Positions 15,493 through 24,000 of a stretch of DNA of 24,000 nt are shown in pieces. The position numbers and the translations under genes were made by a program. The stretch is from an uncultured Thermococci archaeon. GTDB taxonomy: Archaea > Methanobacteriota_B > Thermococci > Thermococcales > Thermococcaceae. The notes beneath the pieces were generated by a model that searched no databases, was not told the DNA's origin, and saw only the letters and a program-made list of their open reading frames with translations. The stretch spans positions 9,749 to 33,748 of the forward strand of contig CAZTOS010000005.1 in the NCBI GenBank assembly GCA_964615185.1, written 5' to 3'. The stretch's first letter is position 1; each line of letters opens with the position of its first letter.

Positions 15493-17118
15493 ATGGCTGA
15501 GTTTAATGATACCTTAGAAGCAGCAATATACAGAAACCCACATCTTAGAAAATACATTAATAATTTCACCAAAAAATATGGAAAACTTCCAAACTTCCAC
15601 GTGAGCCTAAGTAGAGATATGAAAGATATCAAGTATCCAAATATTATCTATCCTATAGGTGACCCCATATTTATCCATATATATGGTGATCCGAGGACTG
15701 AGAAAAGGTATATTGTTATAGAACCGAGAATAGAGACAAAGGAAGAAGAAAAGAAGTATGAGCTTATAAAAGACAAGATATTAGAGATGGCTCCATTAAG
15801 AGAAATTCCGGAAGATCCTGAGGAATTTGAAGCTTTATTAGATGAGCTATTCAACATTGCTGTTGAAAAATTAGTTTCTGGTGGAGGCTTTATAAGAAGG
15901 AGGAAAATTTCATTCACAAAACAGGAACTCGACAAATTCCGCTATCTAATAAAAAGAGATGTCATTGGTGTAGGACCCCTAGAACCTTTAGTAAGAGATC
16001 CATACATAGAAGATATCCACGTTTTAGGTGCTCACCATATATCTTTAGTTCACAAGATTTTTGACGCATTACCAACCAATATTGCCTTTGAGAACGAGAT
16101 AAAATTAGCAGACTACTTTAAAAGCCTAAGCGAACGTATAGGTAGACCGGTCAGTGATAAAAACCCAATAGTAGATGGTACATTGCCAGATGGATCGCGT
16201 ATAAACATCATTTATAGCCCAGATGTTAGTTTAAAGGGACCAACAGCCACAATTCGTAAGTTCTCCGCAACTCCATTAAGCGTAGTACAGCTTGTAAACT
16301 GGAATACTTTTTCTGCTGAAATTGCAGCATACTTATGGATTGCTTTGGAGTATGGTATGAGTATTTTTGTTTGTGGAGAAACTGCAAGTGGAAAAACAAC
16401 GACATTAAACTCTATAATACCATTTATCAAGCCCTCCTCAAAAATATATACTGCCGAAGATACTCCCGAGGTTGTTGTTCCACATCCCAACTGGCAACGT
16501 TTAGTTACAAGAGAAAGAGGACCAGAGGAAAGCAGAGTGACTCTTTTCGACTTGTTAAAGGCGGCTTTGAGATCAAGACCTAATTATATTATAGTTGGTG
16601 AGATTAGAGGTGTAGAAGGTGCTGTGGCATTTCAAGCAATGCAAACTGGACACCCAGTTCTAAGTACTTTCCACGCAGGAGATATAAAGAAGATGATACA
16701 AAGATTTACAGGGAGCCCAATTAACGTCCCTGTTACATTCATAGATAACTTAAATATTGCTATTTTCCAACAGGCTGTTTATGTAAGAGGAAAGTTCCTT
16801 AGAAGAGTTGTCAATGTTGTTGAAATTGAAGGATACTATGAAGAGATTGGTGGAGTCGCTACAAGGGACGTATTTGAGTGGGACCCAGTAAGTGATAGAC
16901 ACATCTTTAGAGGTATGAACAATTCGTATATTTTAGAAAGGAAAATAGCAGAGGTCGCAGGTTACGATGACCCCAAGGATATATACAATGAATTATTCTT
17001 AAGAGCTAGAATAATCAAGAGAATGAGTGAATTGGGAATTACAAGCTACTGGGATGTTTATCGTGAGATAAAGAACTTTTATGAGAAGGGGATTGAGGGA
17101 TTAAGCTTTAGGATATGA
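15493..17118 (+). CDS. flaI: FlaI (ArlI), archaellum assembly/motor ATPase (type II/IV secretion ATPase superfamily)
   Basis: It has Walker A GETASGKTT, the Asp/Walker B region PNYIIVGEIRG and His box STFHAG. It is 541 aa and starts 1 nt after the flaH stop. Confidence 0.96.
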   Translation: MAEFNDTLEAAIYRNPHLRKYINNFTKKYGKLPNFHVSLSRDMKDIKYPNIIYPIGDPIFIHIYGDPRTEKRYIVIEPRIETKEEEKKYELIKDKILEMAPLREIPEDPEEFEALLDELFNIAVEKLVSGGGFIRRRKISFTKQELDKFRYLIKRDVIGVGPLEPLVRDPYIEDIHVLGAHHISLVHKIFDALPTNIAFENEIKLADYFKSLSERIGRPVSDKNPIVDGTLPDGSRINIIYSPDVSLKGPTATIRKFSATPLSVVQLVNWNTFSAEIAAYLWIALEYGMSIFVCGETASGKTTTLNSIIPFIKPSSKIYTAEDTPEVVVPHPNWQRLVTRERGPEESRVTLFDLLKAALRSRPNYIIVGEIRGVEGAVAFQAMQTGHPVLSTFHAGDIKKMIQRFTGSPINVPVTFIDNLNIAIFQQAVYVRGKFLRRVVNVVEIEGYYEEIGGVATRDVFEWDPVSDRHIFRGMNNSYILERKIAEVAGYDDPKDIYNELFLRARIIKRMSELGITSYWDVYREIKNFYEKGIEGLSFRI

Positions 17119-17127
17119 GGTGAGCTT

Positions 17128-18834
17128 ATGGCAAGCAGTAATACCAGTGCTTTCACAAAAGCAGACCTTGATGTGAGGACATATTTAAGGAAGGTTATAT
17201 TGCCCAATGCATCACTTGCAATGTTGATGTTCGTTCTAACATCAATCTTTCTTAGAATGTACACTCTCCCTTCATGGGCAAAAGTTAGTGTTTATGCTAT
17301 CTCCACCCTTCCACTTATTTATGCTGTTCTCTATCCCTACGTAAGAGTTAGTTCCAAAAAAGTTCAAATTAATTCAAAAATACCCTACTTTGCCACTTAT
17401 TTCGCTGTACTATCAACAAGTGATGTAAGCAGAACAGAACTTATATGGAACATTGCGTCCGAAGAAACTCTTGAACCTATAGCAGGAGAGATGAGGAAAA
17501 TTTACGTTCTTATAGCAAAGTTCAATTGCGGATTGCCAACTGCTCTCCGTTTCTTATCAAAGAGAAGTCCAAGCAAAGTTTTTGCAGATTTCCTCGATAG
17601 ACTAGCTTATTCTCTTGATAGTGGTGTAGAGCTTAAAGAGTACCTCCTGCGGGAGCAACAAACAGTTATGGACGATTATGAGACATTTTATGAAGGAGCT
17701 CTTTATGACCTTGATATATTTAAGGAAATATACTCCTCACTCATTATTGCAGTAGTTTTCATGGTTGCATTCATTATTATAGGTCCCATAATCACTGGAC
17801 AGAGTATAGAGATCTTAACAATCTTTGCTTTGATTTTGGTGTTAGCTACTGAAATTGGTGTTCTGTTGGTGATAAAATATAGGATGCCTGAAGACAAAAT
17901 ATGGGCTAAAAATGCAATGAATAATGGAAGAAAGAGAAAAGTGTTAAGGGCATTGTTGATTTCTATAATTGGGACTATCTTTACATCAGTTGTTTATATA
18001 TTTGTTGTGAGACCAAGATTCAACTTTCCAGAATTCTTTTCTTTAGCTGTAATCTTAACGCCTTTAGCCTATTTTGGGAGAGTATTAAACAAGGAAGAAG
18101 CCAACATAACTATTAAAGATGAAAACTTCCCTGCATTTATAAGAAGCTTAAGCACTTCTTTAGCATCAAGTGGGAGTTCTGTAACATTAGTTCTTAAGTA
18201 TCTAAGCTCTCATGACTTTGGAACCCTTACAACGGATATACGAAACCTATATCGTAGGTTAGCTGTTAGAGTGAATGATACAAGAGCATGGGATTATTTT
18301 ATCTCAGATACTGGAAGTTGGTTGATTAGCATGTTTTCAGAAATATTCAGGAAGAGCATAAGATTAGGTGCTGATCCGGAATACGTTGGATTGATTATCT
18401 CGAGAAATTTTGAAAGGCTTATAAGACTTAGAAGAAAGAGAGTGCAAAGTGTATCGAGCTTTAAGGGTGTTATCTTTGGAGTAACGGGAGCATTTGCATT
18501 TTCATTAGCAGCGTCTTTTCAAGTTGTTCTATATATAAATAAAGTATTCTCAAACATACAGACTCAAGGAGGATTCGTAACAAATATACTCTTCATACCC
18601 TCTGAAACAAGCCTTACCCTTACTAATTACATGATACTTTTGATGATCTTAATCCACTCCTTTGTATCTGCTATTGCAATAAAGTTTTCAGATGGAGGAC
18701 ATCTTGGAGCAGCGATTTACTATTTTGTAATGCTAACATGGGTGTCTGCAATTGGAGTATTCTTGGGGAACTATATAATGACCAAGATGATACATGTAGG
18801 TGGGCTTATCTTTCCACTCATATGGGGGGGTTAG
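17128..18834 (+). CDS. flaJ: FlaJ (ArlJ), polytopic membrane platform protein
   Basis: It is 568 aa with multiple hydrophobic helices separated by two cytoplasmic helical domains (T2SS-F-like duplication). GAGGTGA lies upstream, and it sits directly after flaI. Confidence 0.9.
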   Translation: MASSNTSAFTKADLDVRTYLRKVILPNASLAMLMFVLTSIFLRMYTLPSWAKVSVYAISTLPLIYAVLYPYVRVSSKKVQINSKIPYFATYFAVLSTSDVSRTELIWNIASEETLEPIAGEMRKIYVLIAKFNCGLPTALRFLSKRSPSKVFADFLDRLAYSLDSGVELKEYLLREQQTVMDDYETFYEGALYDLDIFKEIYSSLIIAVVFMVAFIIIGPIITGQSIEILTIFALILVLATEIGVLLVIKYRMPEDKIWAKNAMNNGRKRKVLRALLISIIGTIFTSVVYIFVVRPRFNFPEFFSLAVILTPLAYFGRVLNKEEANITIKDENFPAFIRSLSTSLASSGSSVTLVLKYLSSHDFGTLTTDIRNLYRRLAVRVNDTRAWDYFISDTGSWLISMFSEIFRKSIRLGADPEYVGLIISRNFERLIRLRRKRVQSVSSFKGVIFGVTGAFAFSLAASFQVVLYINKVFSNIQTQGGFVTNILFIPSETSLTLTNYMILLMILIHSFVSAIAIKFSDGGHLGAAIYYFVMLTWVSAIGVFLGNYIMTKMIHVGGLIFPLIWGG

Positions 18835-18835
18835 C

Positions 18836-20779
18836 ATGAGAAAGATTTGGATAATATTTGTTTTAATCTTGATATCACAAGGAGTGTATGCGGAATCGGA
18901 GATATCAGGATGGATATTAGTCCCAAGTGTTGTTAAAGTAGGAAGTTATTCAATAGAAGCTAAGGACATTTCAGTTACTGATTGGGATGTGCTCACAATA
19001 ATTAGAGGCCCTAAATTGTATAAGGAGTACCTAATTTCAGTTGGGAGTGAGGTTCAGGCAGACAGGTTTTATATAACATATAAAAATGTGATAGCGGGAG
19101 AACAGATATATGCTCTAACTAAAATAAAATTTCCATATCTTCTTGAGGGTCAGTCAATAAGTATTAACGGATATCAAATATTGCTTCGCTCTGTCAGCAA
19201 AGATAAAGTCCTTCTCAGGATATACAACGAAAAAGAGAGTAAAGACTTGACAGTGAGGAAGGGTTCAACCGAAAAGTTTGGAAATCTTAGGATCTCTGCA
19301 ATACCCGAACCTACAATTTTTGATGGCTTTCTTGCCAAAAACAAAACATACATAATTGGAGATTGGAAAATAAGATTTCTCACATATAAGATAACAGAGA
19401 ACAATGGCAACATAACAGAAGAAGCTGAGATTGAGATAAATAATGTACGTTTTAAAGTTACAAAAAATCAGACTGTAACTTTTAGAGATGGATATTTAGT
19501 AGTTGACGATCTTATAGGCGAGGAGTATATAAAGGCTCGCTTAATAATTAAGGGAGCATATTTGAACATAAAAGTATTTCCAGATTATCAATTTTCTTTG
19601 AAGGAAGGCAAGATAGCGAGAGTAGGGCCGTATTTGATTAAAGTTGAAAAAATATTTGGGGACAGTGTTTATTTATCGTTGCTTAACCCATGTGGAAAAG
19701 TCATTAAAAGTGATGTCCTTTCCCTGAAAAATGTTGGGGCAAGTTTATATTACAATGGCTTAACTCTTGGGATTTTAAATATTACTAAAGAAACCAGTGT
19801 AGAGATGGTGGCATTTTTAGATGATAAACGAATTCCAAAGATAGAAGAGTATGCATTGCTGAATGTTACTTTTTTAGTTCCAGAGAATGTTAATCAATAT
19901 CAGCAGTTTGGTGGGTATATCGAGTTAAAGAATGAAGGAAAAGTTGATCTAAAGTTTCTCCAGATAATACCCTCTATCCCGCAGGAATTTGAAATCGTGG
20001 ATAAATATACAAGCTTTGTTGAAGAACTTAAAGTTGGAAAAAGCGTGAAAATACCCATAAGGCTAAAAGCGCTAAAAGAAGGTTCTCTCTATGCAGGCCA
20101 GGTAAAAGTAATCGCTTATGCTCCATTTGAGCTTGCTTGCAATGGTTTTCAAAAGCTTGAGTTTACATCTAACAAAGCTTGGATTAAGGTTGAGGGATAC
20201 AAGCCAAAGTATGCTGTTATAATTAAAGCCCAAGATGGTGAAGTAGGAGAAAGAATAAAGGTCAATGTTACTGTTAAAAACTTTTCAAACTTTGAAGCTC
20301 CTTTCATGCTAAGAATTGCAGTACCAAGAGAGTTTGGTATTTACAGTGAAGATTTTATGAGTGTAAATAAGAATTGGTTATATATCAATGAAACTTTGCC
20401 TGTAAATGGTACAAAGACTTACAAGTTTGTTATTTTTCCAAATAAGCCAGGAAAGTTCACAATCGAAGGTTCTTTAAGCTCAATGGGTATGTTCTTCCAA
20501 AACAGTACAATCTTTACAGTATATAGCAAAAAGCCTGCTAATTCACAATCTAATTCACAATTAAAGCCACTCTTAAATACCACAAATAACACAACCTGTG
20601 AGCCCCAAATAATAGAGAAAACAGAAACCATCAAGGTACCACAAATCGTTGAGCAAAATGTTACCTTTGTTCCACTAAAGTCAAAGGTTTTATTTGGAGG
20701 GACAGGATTTATCGGAGGTGTTACATTCATACTTTTATTAGCATACATAGCGGCAAAGCTTGAAGAAAGGAAGAAATAG
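18836..20779 (+). CDS. Uncharacterised 647-aa surface-anchored protein with many N-glycosylation sequons, encoded as the last gene of the archaellum operon
   Basis: Its ATG lies 1 nt after the flaJ TAG. It has a signal peptide (MRKIWIIFVLILISQGVYA|ESE), a beta-rich body, and two CARDB/DUF11-like segments (GGYIELKNEGKVDLKFLQI..., ERIKVNVTVKNFSNFEAPFMLRI...). An S/N/T-rich stalk follows, then a C-terminal TM helix (LFGGTGFIGGVTFILLLAYIAA) with a KLEERKK tail. It contains at least 13 N-x-S/T sequons. Confidence 0.85.
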   Translation: MRKIWIIFVLILISQGVYAESEISGWILVPSVVKVGSYSIEAKDISVTDWDVLTIIRGPKLYKEYLISVGSEVQADRFYITYKNVIAGEQIYALTKIKFPYLLEGQSISINGYQILLRSVSKDKVLLRIYNEKESKDLTVRKGSTEKFGNLRISAIPEPTIFDGFLAKNKTYIIGDWKIRFLTYKITENNGNITEEAEIEINNVRFKVTKNQTVTFRDGYLVVDDLIGEEYIKARLIIKGAYLNIKVFPDYQFSLKEGKIARVGPYLIKVEKIFGDSVYLSLLNPCGKVIKSDVLSLKNVGASLYYNGLTLGILNITKETSVEMVAFLDDKRIPKIEEYALLNVTFLVPENVNQYQQFGGYIELKNEGKVDLKFLQIIPSIPQEFEIVDKYTSFVEELKVGKSVKIPIRLKALKEGSLYAGQVKVIAYAPFELACNGFQKLEFTSNKAWIKVEGYKPKYAVIIKAQDGEVGERIKVNVTVKNFSNFEAPFMLRIAVPREFGIYSEDFMSVNKNWLYINETLPVNGTKTYKFVIFPNKPGKFTIEGSLSSMGMFFQNSTIFTVYSKKPANSQSNSQLKPLLNTTNNTTCEPQIIEKTETIKVPQIVEQNVTFVPLKSKVLFGGTGFIGGVTFILLLAYIAAKLEERKK

Positions 20780-20816
20780 AATTAATGAAAAGACAAAAAA
20801 GTTAAAAAGTTCCCTT

Positions 20817-20860
20817 CATAATAATTCCATTGAAAAGCTTCTAAAAGGGGAATTATTATG
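20817..20860 (+). promoter_or_regulatory. 12-bp perfect inverted repeat CATAATAATTCC-N20-GGAATTATTATG whose 3' arm covers the start codon of the CheF-like gene
   Basis: The arms span 20817-20828 and 20849-20860. The ATG is at 20858-20860, and the G-rich RBS-like AAGGGG is partly inside the arm. Confidence 0.35.
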
Positions 20861-21859
20861 GCAATTATGGAATTGAGAGCTAAAGCAACCGTAATAAGCT
20901 CGTGGACGACGAGTACGCCAAAATGGAAAGATGTTTTGGTGGAATTAGATGAAACAGGCATTATTTTGAAATATCTAAAAAGGGGAGAGATAGTAAAGAA
21001 AGAGAGGTATCGTTTTGTTAACTTAGCTGATGTAGGTATGAGAATACCAGATAATGTAAAATTAGACCCAACAAAGGATCATTTTGGATTAAGATTCTAT
21101 GGTGGAAAAAGAGGGGATTTGTACGTTATTTTGACTTTGGGGGAGAATCCCCTAATTTTCGATGAAAAGAAGTTTGAAAGCTTTATAGACACTGTTTTTA
21201 TGATTCTTCTTAACAAACAACGAGTAATGATTCAGTTTGCTAGAATTAAAGGTGGAGCTATTAACATGAAGTCTGAATGGACTGAAGGAGAGATAAGGAT
21301 TCTCTCCACGAGAGGTACAAAAGACGCAGCTATAGTTCAAGGAAAAAACGTTATCTCCCTCTTCTATGATTTGGAAGATGTTGAAGTGGAAGAGAAGGAA
21401 TTTGAAAACAAGAAAATAAACGCCCTAAAATTAAAGCACCTACATAGAAATGAAAGTGTAACTTCATATGTTTATATTCCGAATAGGAAAGTAGGTTTAT
21501 TTTTAGTGAGATATCTCCTAAACTATAATCCAAAATCAAAAGAAATTATGGAAAAAATAGCGAGTGAGTTTGAAGAAATACAGCATGAAATAGAGGAAGA
21601 AATCAAAAGGGAATTAAAGGAGCTTGAACGTTTGAGTCCTGAAGAACAGCAGATACTTTTAGCATTATACTCCGGAATACATCCTTTAGAGCTTCACCAG
21701 TTCCTTGGGATAAGTGAAGAAGAAATTGAGAGAATATATGATGAAATGATAGACAAAGGACTTCTTAAAATAGTTATGATAAGGAAAATTGTTGATTTAA
21801 CAATGGATGGGAGAAAAATAGTAAATAAATTAATAAAATATGGAAAAGTCAGCATGTAA
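20858..21859 (+). CDS. cheF: CheF-like (DUF439) archaellum-chemotaxis adaptor with C-terminal HTH-like extension
   Basis: Its position between the fla operon and cheW/mcp fits CheF. Segments such as FIDTVFMILLNKQRVMIQFARIKGGAI and VGLFLVRYLLNYN resemble haloarchaeal CheF as I remember it. The C-terminus EEQQILLALYSGIHPLELHQFLGISEEEIERIYDEMIDKGLL looks like an HTH. This call rests on memory, not on a search. Confidence 0.6.
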   Translation: MAIMELRAKATVISSWTTSTPKWKDVLVELDETGIILKYLKRGEIVKKERYRFVNLADVGMRIPDNVKLDPTKDHFGLRFYGGKRGDLYVILTLGENPLIFDEKKFESFIDTVFMILLNKQRVMIQFARIKGGAINMKSEWTEGEIRILSTRGTKDAAIVQGKNVISLFYDLEDVEVEEKEFENKKINALKLKHLHRNESVTSYVYIPNRKVGLFLVRYLLNYNPKSKEIMEKIASEFEEIQHEIEEEIKRELKELERLSPEEQQILLALYSGIHPLELHQFLGISEEEIERIYDEMIDKGLLKIVMIRKIVDLTMDGRKIVNKLIKYGKVSM

Positions 21860-21860
21860 A

Positions 21861-22301
21861 CTAAATTGTCCACTCATCCTCTTCAAAGAGTTTGTCCAAA
21901 TCCAACATTATCAAGAGTCTCTCTCCGTTATTTATTTTTGCTATCCCCTTTATGAATTTGGTATCAAGTTTTGAGGCAAGCATCTTTGGAGGTTGCTCTA
22001 TCTCCTCTTCTGACAGGGTTAAGACATCTGAAACGGAGTCAACTATAATGCCTACTGTTTCTCCTTTAATATCCGCGATTATTATGTTCTTATTTTCCAC
22101 TGTACTTTCATCGTAGTAGCCGAGTTTTTTCTTTAAATCTATGACAGCAGTTATCTGCCCTCTCAGGTTTATGACTCCCTCTATAAAGTCGGGGGCATTA
22201 GGAACTCTCGTAATTGGCATCATCTCCTTGATTTCCCTAACATTCGCTATGTCAAGGCAAAATTCTTCATCTCCAAGCCTAAAAGCTACAACTTCATTCA
22301 T
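21861..22301 (-). CDS. cheW: Chemotaxis coupling protein CheW
   Basis: The CheW domain pattern FRLGDEEFCLDIANVREIKEMMPITRVPNAPDFIEGVINLRGQITAVIDLKKKLG is present. It is 146 aa, and GGAGGG lies upstream (complement of 22309-22314). Confidence 0.93.
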   Translation of the reverse strand: MNEVVAFRLGDEEFCLDIANVREIKEMMPITRVPNAPDFIEGVINLRGQITAVIDLKKKLGYYDESTVENKNIIIADIKGETVGIIVDSVSDVLTLSEEEIEQPPKMLASKLDTKFIKGIAKINNGERLLIMLDLDKLFEEDEWTI

Positions 22302-22332
22302 TTTTCGTCCCTCCTAAAATGTAAAATGAAGG

Positions 22333-24000
22333 TCAACGCTTAAAGACTGAAACTGAGTCTCTTAGGTCACTAACAATCTTCCTGAGCCCATCTGATGCCC
22401 TCTTTAGTTCTTCAATAGCTGCTGTTTGTTCCTCCACCGCTGAACTTACCTCCTCAGCACTTGCTGTGGATTCTTCTGCAGAAGCTGCTAAGTTTTCTAA
22501 AGCACGCAATACTTTATCCACTTCCTCCTGGGTTCTTATGGTGTAATCTCTAACTTCTGCAAGCCTCTTACCAGACTCCTGCACTAGCTCTGCTATGTTT
22601 GATAGGTAGTCGACTGTCTCCTTTAGTGTTTCAACAGAATTGTCAACAACTTTCACACCATTTCTAGTAGTATCTACAGCATTCCTTATATCGTCTGCCA
22701 TTTTGCCTATTATTCCCTTTATGTTATCAGCTGCTTTCTTACTCTCCTCTGCTAGTTTTCTTATTTCCTGTGCTACGACTGCAAATCCTCTTCCAGCCTC
22801 CCCAGCACGAGCAGCTTCAATAGCCGCATTCAAAGCCAACAAATTAGTTTGCTCGGCAATGCTTGTTATGACGTTCGTAATCTCCTCTATGTTCTTTGAC
22901 ATTTCACTAACTTTGTTTACTGTTTCTTCTATCTTTCTCATCGTCTCTTGAATGCTCTCTATTTGCATTGCTGATGCTTCACCCTTCTCCCTTCCCTCAT
23001 TGGCTATGTTGACAACCTCATTTGTCGCCAACTCGAACTCTTTAAGCACGTTTACACTTTCTCCACTTACTTCTGCCATGATTTTTGCTCCTTCTGTTAT
23101 TTGATTTATGGTCTCTTGTTGTCTTTGTGCTTCTACACTAACTTGCTGTATTGCTTCATTTACTTGGTTTATAGCCTCTGTAACATCAGAAGCCACTTGA
23201 ACTAAGCTGTTTGTCCTTTCTTCAAGAATTTCAGCCTGTTCTATTATTCCACCAATTAACTCTCTCATTTGAGAAAGTGTCTTTCTTATTGACTCAACAA
23301 CTTCTTTAAGTTCTCCTTTAGCTTCTATTGAAACGTCCTTACTTAGGTCTCCTTTAGCTATTTGCTCAAGAGTGTCTGCAATGCTGTTAAGAACCTCACG
23401 AAGCTCTGTTGTTATCATCTTTAGGGATTCCATTAATGCACCAATCTCATCTTTCTCTTTGTAGCTAATTTTCTCTATCTCTTCACTTGCTTTTTTGAAT
23501 TCACCTTGTGAAAACGCCCTAATAACCTTTTCTAATTCTGGTAGGACTCTAAATGCAGAGCTTGTTGTTTTATAACCAACACCTGTTGCTATTAGTCCAG
23601 AGATTAAGACTATTGCAAGCAATACCATGGAGCTTTCTTTAATACGATTATTTGTGACATCTACTAACTCATCAAACGTTCCCATAATCTCTTTTCGTGG
23701 AACCACTGAAATTACAATCCATCCAGTTTGGGGTATCTTTGCAAATCCTCCAATTTTGTCTACGCCTTCGAAGGTATAGTGGACATAACCACTCCCACCG
23801 CTCTTTCTGATAGCCTCTGCTAACTCTTTTAATGAGGGGTCTTGGAATATGTTAAGCTTGTTTACATATTCTTCCTTGGGATGTACAAGCACGACTCCAT
23901 CTTTATTGACCACAGCAACATATCCACTTTGTCCGAGCTTTATTGAATTTGCCTTTTCAACAAGGGTTGAGATTGAAACATCCAAGCCTATAACTCCAAC
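22333..24000 (-). CDS. Methyl-accepting chemotaxis protein (Cache sensor-TM-HAMP-signalling domain), 5' end outside window
   Basis: The conserved signalling hairpin [38 protein letters not shown] is present, along with the TM helix [19 protein letters not shown] and a HAMP-like segment. The N-terminal part reads like the distal half of a dCache domain. The frame stays open from 23985 to 24000 ([11 protein letters not shown]), so the track's start is an internal TTG. Confidence 0.95.
   Translation of the reverse strand, partial: VGVIGLDVSISTLVEKANSIKLGQSGYVAVVNKDGVVLVHPKEEYVNKLNIFQDPSLKELAEAIRKSGGSGYVHYTFEGVDKIGGFAKIPQTGWIVISVVPRKEIMGTFDELVDVTNNRIKESSMVLLAIVLISGLIATGVGYKTTSSAFRVLPELEKVIRAFSQGEFKKASEEIEKISYKEKDEIGALMESLKMITTELREVLNSIADTLEQIAKGDLSKDVSIEAKGELKEVVESIRKTLSQMRELIGGIIEQAEILEERTNSLVQVASDVTEAINQVNEAIQQVSVEAQRQQETINQITEGAKIMAEVSGESVNVLKEFELATNEVVNIANEGREKGEASAMQIESIQETMRKIEETVNKVSEMSKNIEEITNVITSIAEQTNLLALNAAIEAARAGEAGRGFAVVAQEIRKLAEESKKAADNIKGIIGKMADDIRNAVDTTRNGVKVVDNSVETLKETVDYLSNIAELVQESGKRLAEVRDYTIRTQEEVDKVLRALENLAASAEESTASAEEVSSAVEEQTAAIEELKRASDGLRKIVSDLRDSVSVFKR

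Noticed and set aside
18800-18835. Upstream extension of the surface-protein ORF (MGLSFHSYGGVS...) overlapping flaJ
   Set aside because: The extension precedes the obvious signal peptide. The ATG at 18836 (MRKIWIIFVLIL...) gives a canonical n-region, h-region and cleavage site.

Overview
This window looks like a chromosomal segment from a Thermococcales-type archaeon (Thermococcus/Pyrococcus-like). That assignment is an inference from remembered similarity of the TyrRS, AsnRS and archaellin sequences; no search was run. Positions 1-9200 hold a housekeeping and small accessory stretch. It contains an edge-truncated secreted protein that is missing from the ORF track, tyrS, an MNT-HEPN toxin-antitoxin-like pair, and a possible 52-aa GTG-start ORF. 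It also contains divergent tRNA-Leu(GAG) and tRNA-Lys(CUU), a DEAD-box helicase, a transglutaminase-like lipoprotein, tRNA-Arg(UCU), asnS and an MtaD-like amidohydrolase. Positions 9285-20779 form one co-directional archaellum (fla/arl) locus. It starts with a small wHTH gene coupled to a SAM-methyltransferase gene, followed by a T-rich terminator. Next comes a promoter region carrying a TACATA-hexamer cluster inside an 18-bp palindrome. The locus then encodes two archaellins that share a 173-nt perfectly identical 5' segment, a T-rich attenuator-like tract, and flaC-flaD-flaF-flaG-flaH-flaI-flaJ. An uncharacterised 647-aa surface-anchored protein with many N-glycosylation sequons starts 1 nt after the flaJ stop. 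Downstream are a CheF-like gene (+ strand) and, converging on it, cheW and a methyl-accepting chemotaxis protein (- strand; its 5' end lies beyond the window). I found no CRISPR array, transposase, integrase or rRNA. The most interesting items are the orphan surface protein appended to the archaellum operon and the wHTH/methyltransferase plus TACATA-palindrome regulatory module upstream of the archaellins. All functional calls come from motif reading and recalled family knowledge, not from database searches.
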